Positions 50,804-58,436 of a DNA stretch of 64,000 nt are shown in pieces (position 1 is the first letter of the stretch; each line of letters begins with the position of its first letter). The notes beneath the pieces are model-generated. The model did no database searches. It was not told where the DNA came from and was given only the letters and a program-made list of their open reading frames with translations. Origin of the DNA: Actinomycetes bacterium (lineage in GTDB: Bacteria > Actinomycetota > Actinomycetes > S36-B12); NCBI GenBank assembly GCA_965278945.1, contig OZ257128.1, positions 1,261,982-1,325,981 on the forward strand. The letters are read 5' to 3'. Both the position numbers and the translations under genes were made by a program.

Positions 50804-51313
50804 CTACTGCTTCTCGACGACCGCCGTCAGCGTGGTCGCGTCGTCGACGGCAATGGCCATCAGCGTCACCGAGTAGCCGTTTCCGATGAAGTCCGCGGTG
50901 CTGACGCCCTCCATGTCATTGACGTCGCCTGCGGTGAAGCCCGCCGAGACCAGCGCGGCCGAGTACGCGGCGATGGAATCCGTGGCGGGGACATCGGCCT
51001 TCCACATGGCGTTCGCCTGCGACCCGTCACCCTCGACGCTGACGGTCAGCAAGGCCCCACCGTCGTACGTCGGTACTGCCGATGGCCACGAATCCGGAAC
51101 GGTGAGGTTCTCGCCGATCTGGACCTGGGTGCCGTCGCTGTTCGTCACGGTGAGGTTGCCGTCGTCAAGATCGACGTCACCGCCGATGGCCTCGCCCGCG
51201 GCATTCTCGATTGCCGACTCAGCGGCGTTTCCGCAGCCGGCCAGCAACGGTGCGCCAGCGAGGAGCGCGACGCTCATTGCGGCTGCAGCAACACGACGAC
51301 GGGCGGTGATCAT
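50804..51313 (-). CDS. lipoprotein of unknown function
   Basis: 169 aa. Signal peptide with lipobox LLAGC, acidic Gly/Asp-rich mature part. SD GGAGGA upstream. Confidence 0.7.
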   Translation of the reverse strand: MITARRRVAAAAMSVALLAGAPLLAGCGNAAESAIENAAGEAIGGDVDLDDGNLTVTNSDGTQVQIGENLTVPDSWPSAVPTYDGGALLTVSVEGDGSQANAMWKADVPATDSIAAYSAALVSAGFTAGDVNDMEGVSTADFIGNGYSVTLMAIAVDDATTLTAVVEKQ

Positions 51314-51375
51314 GGAGTCCTCCAGCGTGAGTCGGGTGCTCGTGAGCCTAGCGACAGGCTCCGTGGGCGGTTCAG

Positions 51376-51439
51376 ATCCCGCGAAGGCGCCCCGGAACGG
51401 CCGTCAAAGCCGGATTTGGCCCGGGAGGCGGTTCAATTC
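51376..51439. repeat. right arm of 64-bp inverted repeat
   Basis: Reverse complement matches 50721-50784 at 58 of 64. Five of the six mismatches cluster in a 7-nt patch. Weaker similarity continues about 9 nt inward. Ends 7 nt after the stop of the minus-strand small ORF 51446-51646. Confidence 0.85.
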
Positions 51440-51445
51440 GGGACG

Positions 51446-51646
51446 TCATGGGGCGGTGACGGAGTAGTAGATGTATGAACCGCCGATGCCGAGGACGACG
51501 ATCGCTGTCGCGATCAGGCCAGTGGAATGACGCACCCACCAGGCACGGGTATCTGGGCCTGACGCGTGGCCCGGAGGAGGCGTTGCCATGCCGTCCGGTG
51601 TCGAAGGTGCTGCTGCTCCGCCAGGGGGCGGAGGGACGTCGGTCAT
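51446..51646 (-). CDS. hypothetical small Pro-rich membrane protein
   Basis: ATG 51646 within ORF 51446..51832: MTDVPPPPGGAAAPSTPDGMATPPPGHASGPDTRAWWVRHSTGLIATAIVVLGIGGSYIYYSVTAP, with a C-terminal TM helix. Weak support. Confidence 0.35.
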   Translation of the reverse strand: MTDVPPPPGGAAAPSTPDGMATPPPGHASGPDTRAWWVRHSTGLIATAIVVLGIGGSYIYYSVTAP

Positions 51647-51708
51647 GGCGCAACCCTGCTCTGCTCGTCGGCGGAGCGCAACCGTCCGGCGGGCTTCGAC
51701 GTTGGCCG

Positions 51709-51728
51709 TCGGCTTCGTGCCCCGGGTG
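51709..51728. repeat. extra partial copy of the attL flank plus core
   Basis: TCGGCTTCGTGCCCCGGGTG is identical to 51800-51819, 91 bp away. Confidence 0.7.
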
Positions 51729-51807
51729 ATCGATCGCCTTCGGCTCACTCGACCCCGCGCACTCGCCTCGACAGAGCCCGAGCAAGTTCGGCTCTGCGCT
51801 CGGCTTC

Positions 51808-51830
51808 GTGCCCCGGGTGGGATTTGGACC
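51808..51830. repeat. attL core of the phage-like element
   Basis: GTGCCCCGGGTGGGATTTGGACC versus 61421-61443 GTGCCCCGGGTGGGATTTGAACC (22 of 23). Equals a displaced tRNA 3' end. Confidence 0.75.
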
Positions 51831-51933
51831 ACGGCTAGCCCAAAAGCCCCTCACGAATACGGCCCAGAAAGCCGATTCCCTCATAGAGCCTTAGTGCCGA
51901 GTGGTGCCTGTTGGTGTCCACTTGTAGGGACGG

Positions 51934-51953
51934 TGTGCACCCGATGTGCACCC
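51934..51953. repeat. arm-type repeat (tandem GTGCACCC), left copy
   Basis: TGTGCACCCGATGTGCACCC. 19 of 20 identical to 61339-61358, same orientation. Internal 11-nt period. Confidence 0.6.
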
Positions 51954-52040
51954 AAAGACGCCTGCCCCGATGGCAGGTGCCCCGCCCGAGCTGTAACTCG
52001 GACGGGGCGTGCAACACCCCTTCAGAGGAGAGGTACTGCA

Positions 52041-52271
52041 ATGACAAGCAAAGCAGCAATGACCGACATCGAGCGACCCCTTGTCGAACGCCTGGACGGG
52101 CCGAATGGGAGTTTCACGATAAGGCTGACGGATGAGGGTCGCCGAACGCTCACTGCAGCGCAGTGCGTCGAACTAGCAACGCAACTGCGAGATTTCGTCT
52201 CTGAGTTGCTGGACGATGCACGCAGAGCTAAGGCGGAAGCGTCGACAGTCGGGCAGGATCTGGGCACATGA
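52041..52271 (+). CDS. hypothetical protein (76 aa)
   Basis: ATG 52041 with SD GAGGAGAGG. ATGA-coupled to the next ORF. In frame with ORF 51588..52271. Confidence 0.5.
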   Translation: MTSKAAMTDIERPLVERLDGPNGSFTIRLTDEGRRTLTAAQCVELATQLRDFVSELLDDARRAKAEASTVGQDLGT

Positions 52272-52522
52272 CCGATCCGATGCTCATTGGGTTCCCCGAG
52301 GCAGCAGCACGCCTAGGCGTTGCAGAGTCGTGGCTGCGTCGAGCGGTGACCGCCCGGGAGGTGCCGCACAGGCGACTCGGAAAGCGGGTGATGTTCTCCC
52401 TAGCCGACCTCGATCAGATCGTCGCGGAGGCGGAGGTGCCCGCAGTCGTCGCTACGGAGGGGTTCAGGCCCATTCCGAGTCGACGGCGCGCAGGAGGTTT
52501 AGTCCCGCCATCACGCGGGTAG
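52268..52522 (+). CDS. excisionase-family helix-turn-helix protein
   Basis: 84 aa. LIGFPEAAARLGVAESWLRRAVTAREVPHRRLGKRVMFSLADLDQIV fits the excisionase-type HTH pattern. Confidence 0.6.
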   Translation: MTDPMLIGFPEAAARLGVAESWLRRAVTAREVPHRRLGKRVMFSLADLDQIVAEAEVPAVVATEGFRPIPSRRRAGGLVPPSRG

Positions 52523-52607
52523 CACGGGGACTGGGACCGGCGTTCGCCCCCGAGGGCGCCGGTCTCAGTCCTACCGTTTAGGCCAACCGGCAGACGTAGG
52601 GAGCAAT

Positions 52608-52955
52608 ATGCCGATCGATCCGAAGGAATACCGGTACGAAGGCGGCGAGGATCTCACCGGACCAATTAGGGCGGCCGCCGCGGCGTTGGACGCCATGGGT
52701 GTCGAGATGTTCTCAGAAGTGCAGTGGGATGTCGCAGAGAATGTCATCGCGGTCGGCTACGCCCCATATCCGGGCGTAGAGGCGCAGGCATGGGTCCGGG
52801 ACGGACTCGGCCCGGTGTTTACGCTCGGGGCTTTGGAGGCACTTCTGAGTCGCTATGAGGCCTTCGACCAAGGGGACTTAGAGGCGTTCCAGAGCTTCGA
52901 CCCCGTGAACAACCGCCGCGTGGCGATCATCTATGACCTGACGCCTACCGCCTGA
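52608..52955 (+). CDS. hypothetical protein (115 aa)
   Basis: ORF with an acidic, globular-looking sequence. No recognised motif. Confidence 0.5.
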   Translation: MPIDPKEYRYEGGEDLTGPIRAAAAALDAMGVEMFSEVQWDVAENVIAVGYAPYPGVEAQAWVRDGLGPVFTLGALEALLSRYEAFDQGDLEAFQSFDPVNNRRVAIIYDLTPTA

Positions 52956-53009
52956 AGTCGTTGCGCCGTTGTAATTGACGGGGGTCAACCCCGGTCGTAC
53001 AGTTGATAA

Positions 53010-53040
53010 CGGCAAAGTGGCGCTCGCGATGGGTTATCCC
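53010..53040 (-). pseudogene. tRNA fragment: partial copy of the D-arm/anticodon 5' half of the adjacent tRNA-Gly-like gene
   Basis: CGGCAAAGTGGCGCTC (53010-53025) is identical to 53139-53154. TTATCCC recurs after an 8-nt insertion. Confidence 0.55.
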
Positions 53041-53057
53041 TAGCGAGTCCAGATTTA

Positions 53058-53089
53058 GAAAGGCCCCGGGTTACCGCCCGGGGCCTTTC
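53058..53089. terminator. 13-bp perfect-stem hairpin
   Basis: GAAAGGCCCCGGG (53058-53070), loop TTACCG, CCCGGGGCCTTTC (53077-53089). A/T-flanked on both sides. 12 nt beyond the 3' end of the tRNA-like gene. Confidence 0.6.
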
Positions 53090-53101
53090 CCTTGCTATTC
53101 G

Positions 53102-53176
53102 TGCCCCCGGGGAGATTCGAACTCCCGTCCTCCATCTTCGGCAAAGTGGCGCTCTTATCCCCTGAGCTACGGGGGC
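53102..53176 (-). tRNA. tRNA-Gly(GCC)-like gene with a bulged anticodon stem (possibly pseudo or phage-type)
   Basis: Minus strand GCCCCCG TA GCTC AGGGGATAA GAGC G CCACT TTGCCGA AG(A)TGG AGGAC GGGAG TTCGAAT CTCCC CGGGGGC A. 75 nt. Canonical acceptor, D and T arms, but one extra A in the 3' strand of the anticodon stem. Confidence 0.55.
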
Positions 53177-53338
53177 ACGGCCACCGAGCGGCGCAGGGCG
53201 CTACAAGGTGACATGCAAAGCCTAGAGCCAATTTGGGACGCTCGGCACGGCTCGCACCACACACCCCCCCCAAAGCAGCTCGATTCCCGGGCGTGTTGCC
53301 ACAGGGTGGGGTTTTTCAGTTTGCGGGGAGAGATTTAC

Positions 53339-53357
53339 GGAAGCGGCGAGGGTGGCC
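53339..53357. repeat. 19-bp motif GGAAGCGGCGAGGGTGGCC, copy 1
   Basis: Identical core at 57991-58009 and 58058-58076, all in the same orientation. Copies 1 and 2 share about 55 bp (53324-53379 versus 57977-58031). Confidence 0.8.
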
Positions 53358-53377
53358 GGGGGTCGTCTCTTAAAAAG

Positions 53378-56092
53378 TCAGAGCCCGATTACTGAAGGGT
53401 CCTTGCCTCGGCGGCGCATCTCGCGGCCGATGCCGTCGCGAACCGTCGTCACGAGATCACGCTCGCTCATCACGGAGCCCGAGACGTGAACGTCGATGTA
53501 GACGTCCCCGCCACCCTTGCCCCTCATTGAACCGAGCCGGTCGAGCGGAATGACAGCCTCGTCCCCAGCCTCGCCGAGCAGCCCGATCGTCGGGCCGGTC
53601 ACGATCCCGCCATCAGCGAAGTGGGGCATGTTTAGCCCGGCGACAGCAGCGATCGCCGCACCCGAAACGCTCGCCACAGCGACGTCGATGTTGACCGTCC
53701 GACCCATGTCACGCGAGAGCGAGTCCATGACCTCCATCAGCGCGGTACGCCCGGCGCCCTGCGGGCCGAACGTCGCGACGAACGAGTCCGACATCGCCTG
53801 AGCGGCAGCGAGTCCAGCCGTGATGAAGGCCGGCACGATCGCATTCGCGGTCTGCGTTGCCGAGTCCTCAACAGTCGCGAGGTTCTCCGAGAAGTAGCCG
53901 ACAAGCCCCTGATCGAGGATGCCCTGACCAAGTGCGCCGCCGATGGCGACACCCTTCGACATGATCTCTTGGATGAGCGCGTCCGAGCCGCCCTGCTCGC
54001 GGATCGCCTTGATGACGTTCTGGAACCACTCCTGGCCGCGGACCTGATTCTCGAACCCCTGCACGAGCGAGATGCCCGTGGCCTTACCTGCGGAATCCCA
54101 CTGGCCCGTCCACGCGGCACCGAGGTCGATGCCCGAGGTGAACGTGTCCTTGGCGCCGTTGACGAAGTCGTCGAGTGCGCCTTGCGCGTCGGCGAGTGCG
54201 CTACTGACCTCGCCCCATGCATCGGTCACGAGGTCGGCGAAGTCCTGGGCGTTGCCCGCGATGACGTCCTGAACGCCGGAAGCAATGGCAGCGGCCTTCG
54301 CCATCTCGTCGGTGACGGTCTTGACCATCTTCACGCCAGCGGCAACTGCCTTGCTCGAACCCTTGTCGATGCCCGCCGCGACGCCCTCGGCGAGTGGCTC
54401 GCCGACCTCGCGCATCATCAGCTTCGACGGGGAATTGATCTCGGCCGCGTTTCGCGCGGCTCGCTCGGCGGCCTCAACGAGTGCTTTGGCGTTCGCGGCC
54501 GCACCCGGAGTGCCGTCAGCGATGCCCTGTGCCAGCCCTAGTGCCAGGTTCTTACCTAGCCCAGCGCCGAGGGTCATCGCCTTCGCGTAGGCGGCAACGT
54601 GCTTCTCCTTGGAGAAGACTGCCTGAAGCTCATCGCTCCACATCCCCTGTGACTTGAGGAACTTGCGGATGTCCTTCAGGTCGAAGCCCTCGTCGACAAA
54701 CTGCCGCACGACCTTCGCCCCGCGGCCTGCAAAGTTGGCCTCGTACTCCTCAAGGTCGGCCCCGGTGCGCTTCGCCCAGCGGTTCGACTGCTCCGCGGCC
54801 ATGCGGAAGCCCTCCATGACGGCGTCCTGGTTCTTGCGGGCGCCAGCGCCGTAGCCGTCAAACGTGCGAGTCTGCTTTGCCACGTTCTCGTCTAGGTCGC
54901 GTAGCCAGCGGGTGAACTCGAGCCTGCCCTGCGCGTATGACACGACGGTGTTGAATGCCTGCTGCGCGGCGGTCAGTTCCTGGAGCGCCGCAGCCGCATC
55001 CTCTGAGCTTTCGAGGATGTTGCCGTGCTCGTCGACTACCTGCTTGATGCCGTCCTTGTAGGTGACCACGGCGCCGCTCGCATCGCGATAGGAGACGATC
55101 GCCCCCTCGGTCGAAGCCGAGGTGACCTTGGCCCAGGCGTCGGTGTCCCCTGTAAGTGCCTTGATCGCGTCGGATGCCTGCACGATGATGCCGATGACGC
55201 CGGTTCCGAGGTTGACCTTGGAGAGGGCATCCGCGAGTGCCTCGACGCCGGGGACATTCCCCACGAGGCCGGACAGCGCGTCACGGGTCGCGTCGATTCC
55301 GCGGGCCGTAAGGCGGATGCCCTCCCCGATCTCGTCCCCGAGTCGGGCGATCGTATTGACGGTCCCGTCGATGTTGCCCTCGGCACCGGCGAGGATGTTG
55401 AGCGAGTCGATGAGGCCGTATCCGATGGACTCCTGTGCCTCGCTCGCGGCGGTGCTGATCCGCTGGAGCTTGCCCGCCATCGTCTCTGCCGCCGCGGCGG
55501 CCTGGCCCTTGAACTTCTGCGTGAGCTGGTCGGTGGCGTCGGCGAAGTTCTTGGACTTCACTGTGTCGGCGTCGAGCACCGGCGCGAGGCGGTTCAGGGC
55601 GCCGAGGTTGCCGCCGTGGGCCTTGGCGAGTGCCTGCGTGACGGACTCCAGGTTCTTGCCCGTGCCTACTGACACGTCCATCGCGAGCTGGAGGAGCTTC
55701 TGAGACTCGGTGACGTCACCGGTCGCGGTGACCAGATTCTGGTACGCGGGGCGCAGTTGGTCGTCCGCCACACCCGTGGCGAGCATCAAGTCCTTGATGA
55801 AGTTCTCGACCTCGGGGACATGATGCGCCGCGCCGACATTTCGCATGGCCGTTGCCAGAGCCACTTGGGACTTCTCGTCCTCCATGGCTGCCGTTGCTGC
55901 GTCGCGCATGTAGTCGGCGACCTTGGCAATGCCAGCGGTAAGTGCGAACCCGCCGAACACGCCGCCCGCGATCTTGCCCATTGACGCGAACGCGCCCGAG
56001 GTGCGAGTCGCCTGATCGCCGACACCGCGAAGGGTCCGGGACGCCGAGACGTCACGGCCTACGAGGTTGAAGCCAAGGGATGTGTCAGCCAC
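53378..56092 (-). CDS. phage tail tape measure protein
   Basis: 904 aa. GTG 56092 with SD AGGAGA. Ala/Gly-rich helical protein with an N-terminal region typical of TP901-type tape measure proteins. Located in phage context. Confidence 0.85.
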   Translation of the reverse strand: MADTSLGFNLVGRDVSASRTLRGVGDQATRTSGAFASMGKIAGGVFGGFALTAGIAKVADYMRDAATAAMEDEKSQVALATAMRNVGAAHHVPEVENFIKDLMLATGVADDQLRPAYQNLVTATGDVTESQKLLQLAMDVSVGTGKNLESVTQALAKAHGGNLGALNRLAPVLDADTVKSKNFADATDQLTQKFKGQAAAAAETMAGKLQRISTAASEAQESIGYGLIDSLNILAGAEGNIDGTVNTIARLGDEIGEGIRLTARGIDATRDALSGLVGNVPGVEALADALSKVNLGTGVIGIIVQASDAIKALTGDTDAWAKVTSASTEGAIVSYRDASGAVVTYKDGIKQVVDEHGNILESSEDAAAALQELTAAQQAFNTVVSYAQGRLEFTRWLRDLDENVAKQTRTFDGYGAGARKNQDAVMEGFRMAAEQSNRWAKRTGADLEEYEANFAGRGAKVVRQFVDEGFDLKDIRKFLKSQGMWSDELQAVFSKEKHVAAYAKAMTLGAGLGKNLALGLAQGIADGTPGAAANAKALVEAAERAARNAAEINSPSKLMMREVGEPLAEGVAAGIDKGSSKAVAAGVKMVKTVTDEMAKAAAIASGVQDVIAGNAQDFADLVTDAWGEVSSALADAQGALDDFVNGAKDTFTSGIDLGAAWTGQWDSAGKATGISLVQGFENQVRGQEWFQNVIKAIREQGGSDALIQEIMSKGVAIGGALGQGILDQGLVGYFSENLATVEDSATQTANAIVPAFITAGLAAAQAMSDSFVATFGPQGAGRTALMEVMDSLSRDMGRTVNIDVAVASVSGAAIAAVAGLNMPHFADGGIVTGPTIGLLGEAGDEAVIPLDRLGSMRGKGGGDVYIDVHVSGSVMSERDLVTTVRDGIGREMRRRGKDPSVIGL

Positions 56093-56119
56093 GGAAGTCT
56101 CCTAGCGAAGTTGTGGGGT

Positions 56120-56155
56120 GAGCGGGGGCTCCGTATGGAGGCAGAGCCCCCGCTC
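56120..56155 (-). promoter_or_regulatory. 12-bp perfect-stem hairpin between capsid and tape-measure genes
   Basis: GAGCGGGGGCTC (56120-56131) pairs with GAGCCCCCGCTC (56144-56155), 12-nt loop. On the mRNA strand it ends about 20 nt upstream of the tape-measure SD. Confidence 0.5.
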
Positions 56156-56246
56156 GATTGAGTGGGCCGTCCCTGACAAAGACGGGGGTTCCCACTCGCC
56201 CGCGCGGCGGTCGAAAGGACCAAAGGCCCCGCCGCGGGGAGTCAGG

Positions 56247-57716
56247 TCACAGGGTCGGAACGATCAGTCCCGTTCCTGTGATCTTCGAGAAGGCCTTGGG
56301 CTGGCGCGCAGCTGTGAAGGCCGAATACCCGTAGCAAGCCAATCTTGTGGTCAGCGTGTCGATGATCTCGAACTTGAGCTGCACCGGAAGCCCGCCGTTG
56401 TCCTCCATGAGGAACGCATCGCGGAAGTCTCCGACGAAGATCACGGTCTCATTGGTCGAAGCGCCCAGATTTACCGGGATGTTGCCATCCAAGATGACCG
56501 GGACGTTCTGCAACTCGCGGCTGGTTGTCGCGTAGTCGACACCATCCGTCATGCCAAGCGCGTTGAACGGACTGTGCGCGCCCACGAATGGGCGCCCATC
56601 GGTGGCGAGGATCGACGTGATCCACGCCCACAGGTTCGGGTTCATCGCAATGGCGGTTGGCCCTGTGAACCGAGTCGACGTGATCGCGCCAATCGCGGAT
56701 GCGAGCTTCGGCCACAACTCGGCAATCGTCGGGGTGGTGTCCGTGTACGTCACGGACGTGATGCCCGACGTGCCGAAGATGCCCTGGTGCTGTCCGTCCG
56801 CACCGGATCCAGTGAGGACCTGGGCGTCCATCTGCACGGCGTAATCGGATGCGAGATCGGTGAGTGTGATCTCCTCGACGAGAGTGCCCCGCTCGATCGC
56901 CTGCCGAGCCACGTCAACGTAGCCTCCGATCGTCACGACCGGAACCTCCAGCAGCGTGTCGTCGATGTCCTGGTTCGAGAGGGCAGTGTTCTGCGTTGCC
57001 TGCACGCCCGTGGCGGTCTTGGTCGTGATGCGGGGAATATTGACCTTCATGCCGGTAGCTGGCAGCGGAACACCGCTGTTGCACAGGTTCGCCACAGGGC
57101 GGCCCGCACGCAGGTACTCCGCGAACAGGTTGATCATGTACTCCGGCGGCACGAATCCGGCCACGCCGCCCGTGGTGACGGCGCGCTCGACCAATGCGGG
57201 TTGGTGGGTTCGCATCTCCTGGCCGTGCTGCTGAAGCCGAACGGTGGCCTCCGGGTCGAGCTTGATCTGCGCAGCAAACAGGTCCTTGAGGAATGAGTTC
57301 TCCCCGGCCTTGGCACGCTCTTCGCTGTAGGTACGCGGCTCGCGCACCGAAGTAGTAGTCGTCATGCGGTTCTCCTGATTCTGGGCACGGCGCATCTGTC
57401 CGGCCTCGGTCACGTGAAGTTCGTTGGAAAGGCGATCGGCCTCCGCGTCTACGCGGATCTCGATCATCAACTGAGCAATGTCGTCGTCGGCCGCGCGGAG
57501 TTCCTTCTCCATGCGGTCGGCCTGTTCCTCAAGGTCGATCTTCTCCCGACGTAGTTCGGGGATCTTCGCCGAAGTTGCTGCGTCGATGTCGCCGAGGTTG
57601 CGGATGCGCAGGAACTCGTTGGCGAGGTCGTTGATCTGACTCACGACCGCGTTCCTGCGACCCAACAGAGTGTTGCGGTCGGCCTTCTTTTGTTTCAGTA
57701 GTTCGTCAAAGGTCAT
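56247..57716 (-). CDS. phage major capsid protein, HK97-like, with N-terminal coiled-coil extension
   Basis: ORF 56247..57773, start ATG 57716 (MTFDELLKQKK...). About 115 aa of coiled coil, then GGVAGFVPPEYM...VNIPRI...LTGSGADGQHQGIF..., typical of HK97-family capsids. Confidence 0.85.
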   Translation of the reverse strand: MTFDELLKQKKADRNTLLGRRNAVVSQINDLANEFLRIRNLGDIDAATSAKIPELRREKIDLEEQADRMEKELRAADDDIAQLMIEIRVDAEADRLSNELHVTEAGQMRRAQNQENRMTTTTSVREPRTYSEERAKAGENSFLKDLFAAQIKLDPEATVRLQQHGQEMRTHQPALVERAVTTGGVAGFVPPEYMINLFAEYLRAGRPVANLCNSGVPLPATGMKVNIPRITTKTATGVQATQNTALSNQDIDDTLLEVPVVTIGGYVDVARQAIERGTLVEEITLTDLASDYAVQMDAQVLTGSGADGQHQGIFGTSGITSVTYTDTTPTIAELWPKLASAIGAITSTRFTGPTAIAMNPNLWAWITSILATDGRPFVGAHSPFNALGMTDGVDYATTSRELQNVPVILDGNIPVNLGASTNETVIFVGDFRDAFLMEDNGGLPVQLKFEIIDTLTTRLACYGYSAFTAARQPKAFSKITGTGLIVPTL

Positions 57717-57990
57717 GTGGAGCTCCGAAGTCGAAGTGAGCGCAGGCCAGCGCGAAGGCGCCAAGGTGCGCAAAGGGATTCATCGGCGCAGGGAGCAGAC
57801 GCTCCGCGCTCGGTCAGGTCATGTGTCAGAGTCCGAGGGCTGCGGCGGCCGGCAGAGCCGGGAACCGAAACCGAGGTCTCGATGACGACAACCTGAATCG
57901 TCGACATCGCAATGGTACCGGATGTGGGCGACAGATCGCGAGTCACACAATCGGCGTTGGTGGTTGGAAAAAATGTCGGGGAGAGATCAC

Positions 57991-58009
57991 GGAAGCGGCG
58001 AGGGTGGCC
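57991..58009. repeat. 19-bp motif copy 2
   Basis: GGAAGCGGCGAGGGTGGCC, in the 380-bp non-coding stretch upstream of the capsid gene. Confidence 0.8.
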
Positions 58010-58057
58010 GCGCGATCCGTCCTTAAAAGTCCCCAGACAATCTGTGTGTGTAGACGA

Positions 58058-58076
58058 GGAAGCGGCGAGGGTGGCC
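58058..58076. repeat. 19-bp motif copy 3
   Basis: GGAAGCGGCGAGGGTGGCC, about 22 nt from the stop of ORF 58099-58320. Same spacing logic as copy 1 and the tape-measure stop. Confidence 0.8.
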
Positions 58077-58098
58077 ATGCGCCCGCTAGGAAAACGTG

Positions 58099-58320
58099 TC
58101 ATTCGTTCGCCTCGTTCCCGAGCACGATGCCGACCTCGCCATACATGCCGGCCAGCGCAGCGAACAGGCTGGCGAATAGGAGATCACCGCGGACCTCGTG
58201 TGCTGTCGCTTCCTCCTTGCATTGCGTGTAACGGTCGAGCGCTGCCGGTCGGTCGAGCTTGCCTGCGTCGTCGATGACTGCGTGGACGGCGGCGGCGAGT
58301 AGCTCAGCTCCGGTTGTCAT
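58099..58320 (-). CDS. hypothetical protein (73 aa)
   Basis: ATG 58320 (MTTGAELLAAAVHAVIDD...) within ORF 58099..58566. ATGA-coupled to the upstream 39-codon ORF. Confidence 0.45.
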   Translation of the reverse strand: MTTGAELLAAAVHAVIDDAGKLDRPAALDRYTQCKEEATAHEVRGDLLFASLFAALAGMYGEVGIVLGNEANE

Positions 58321-58436
58321 GTGGCTCCCTTGTCTGTCGTGGTGTCGGTGGCGTTCGGGCAGTCGCGTCGGTGCGTTGTCGGCCATTGAGGCCAGGTCAC
58401 GGCGCCGCAATGCGGGCAGCGGGAATGGATGGTCAT
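58317..58436 (-). CDS. 39-aa Cys-containing micro-ORF (CxxC ... C)
   Basis: Own translation: MTIHSRCPHCGAVTWPQWPTTHRRDCPNATDTTTDKGAT. ATGA overlaps at both ends (58433-58436 and 58317-58320). Below the ORF-track size cutoff. Confidence 0.35.
   Translation of the reverse strand: MTIHSRCPHCGAVTWPQWPTTHRRDCPNATDTTTDKGAT

Noticed and set aside
57713-58102. 129-aa ORF in the capsid upstream leader
   Set aside because: No RBS and Arg/Ser-rich. It is interrupted conceptually by two copies of the 19-bp motif. Treated as non-coding.
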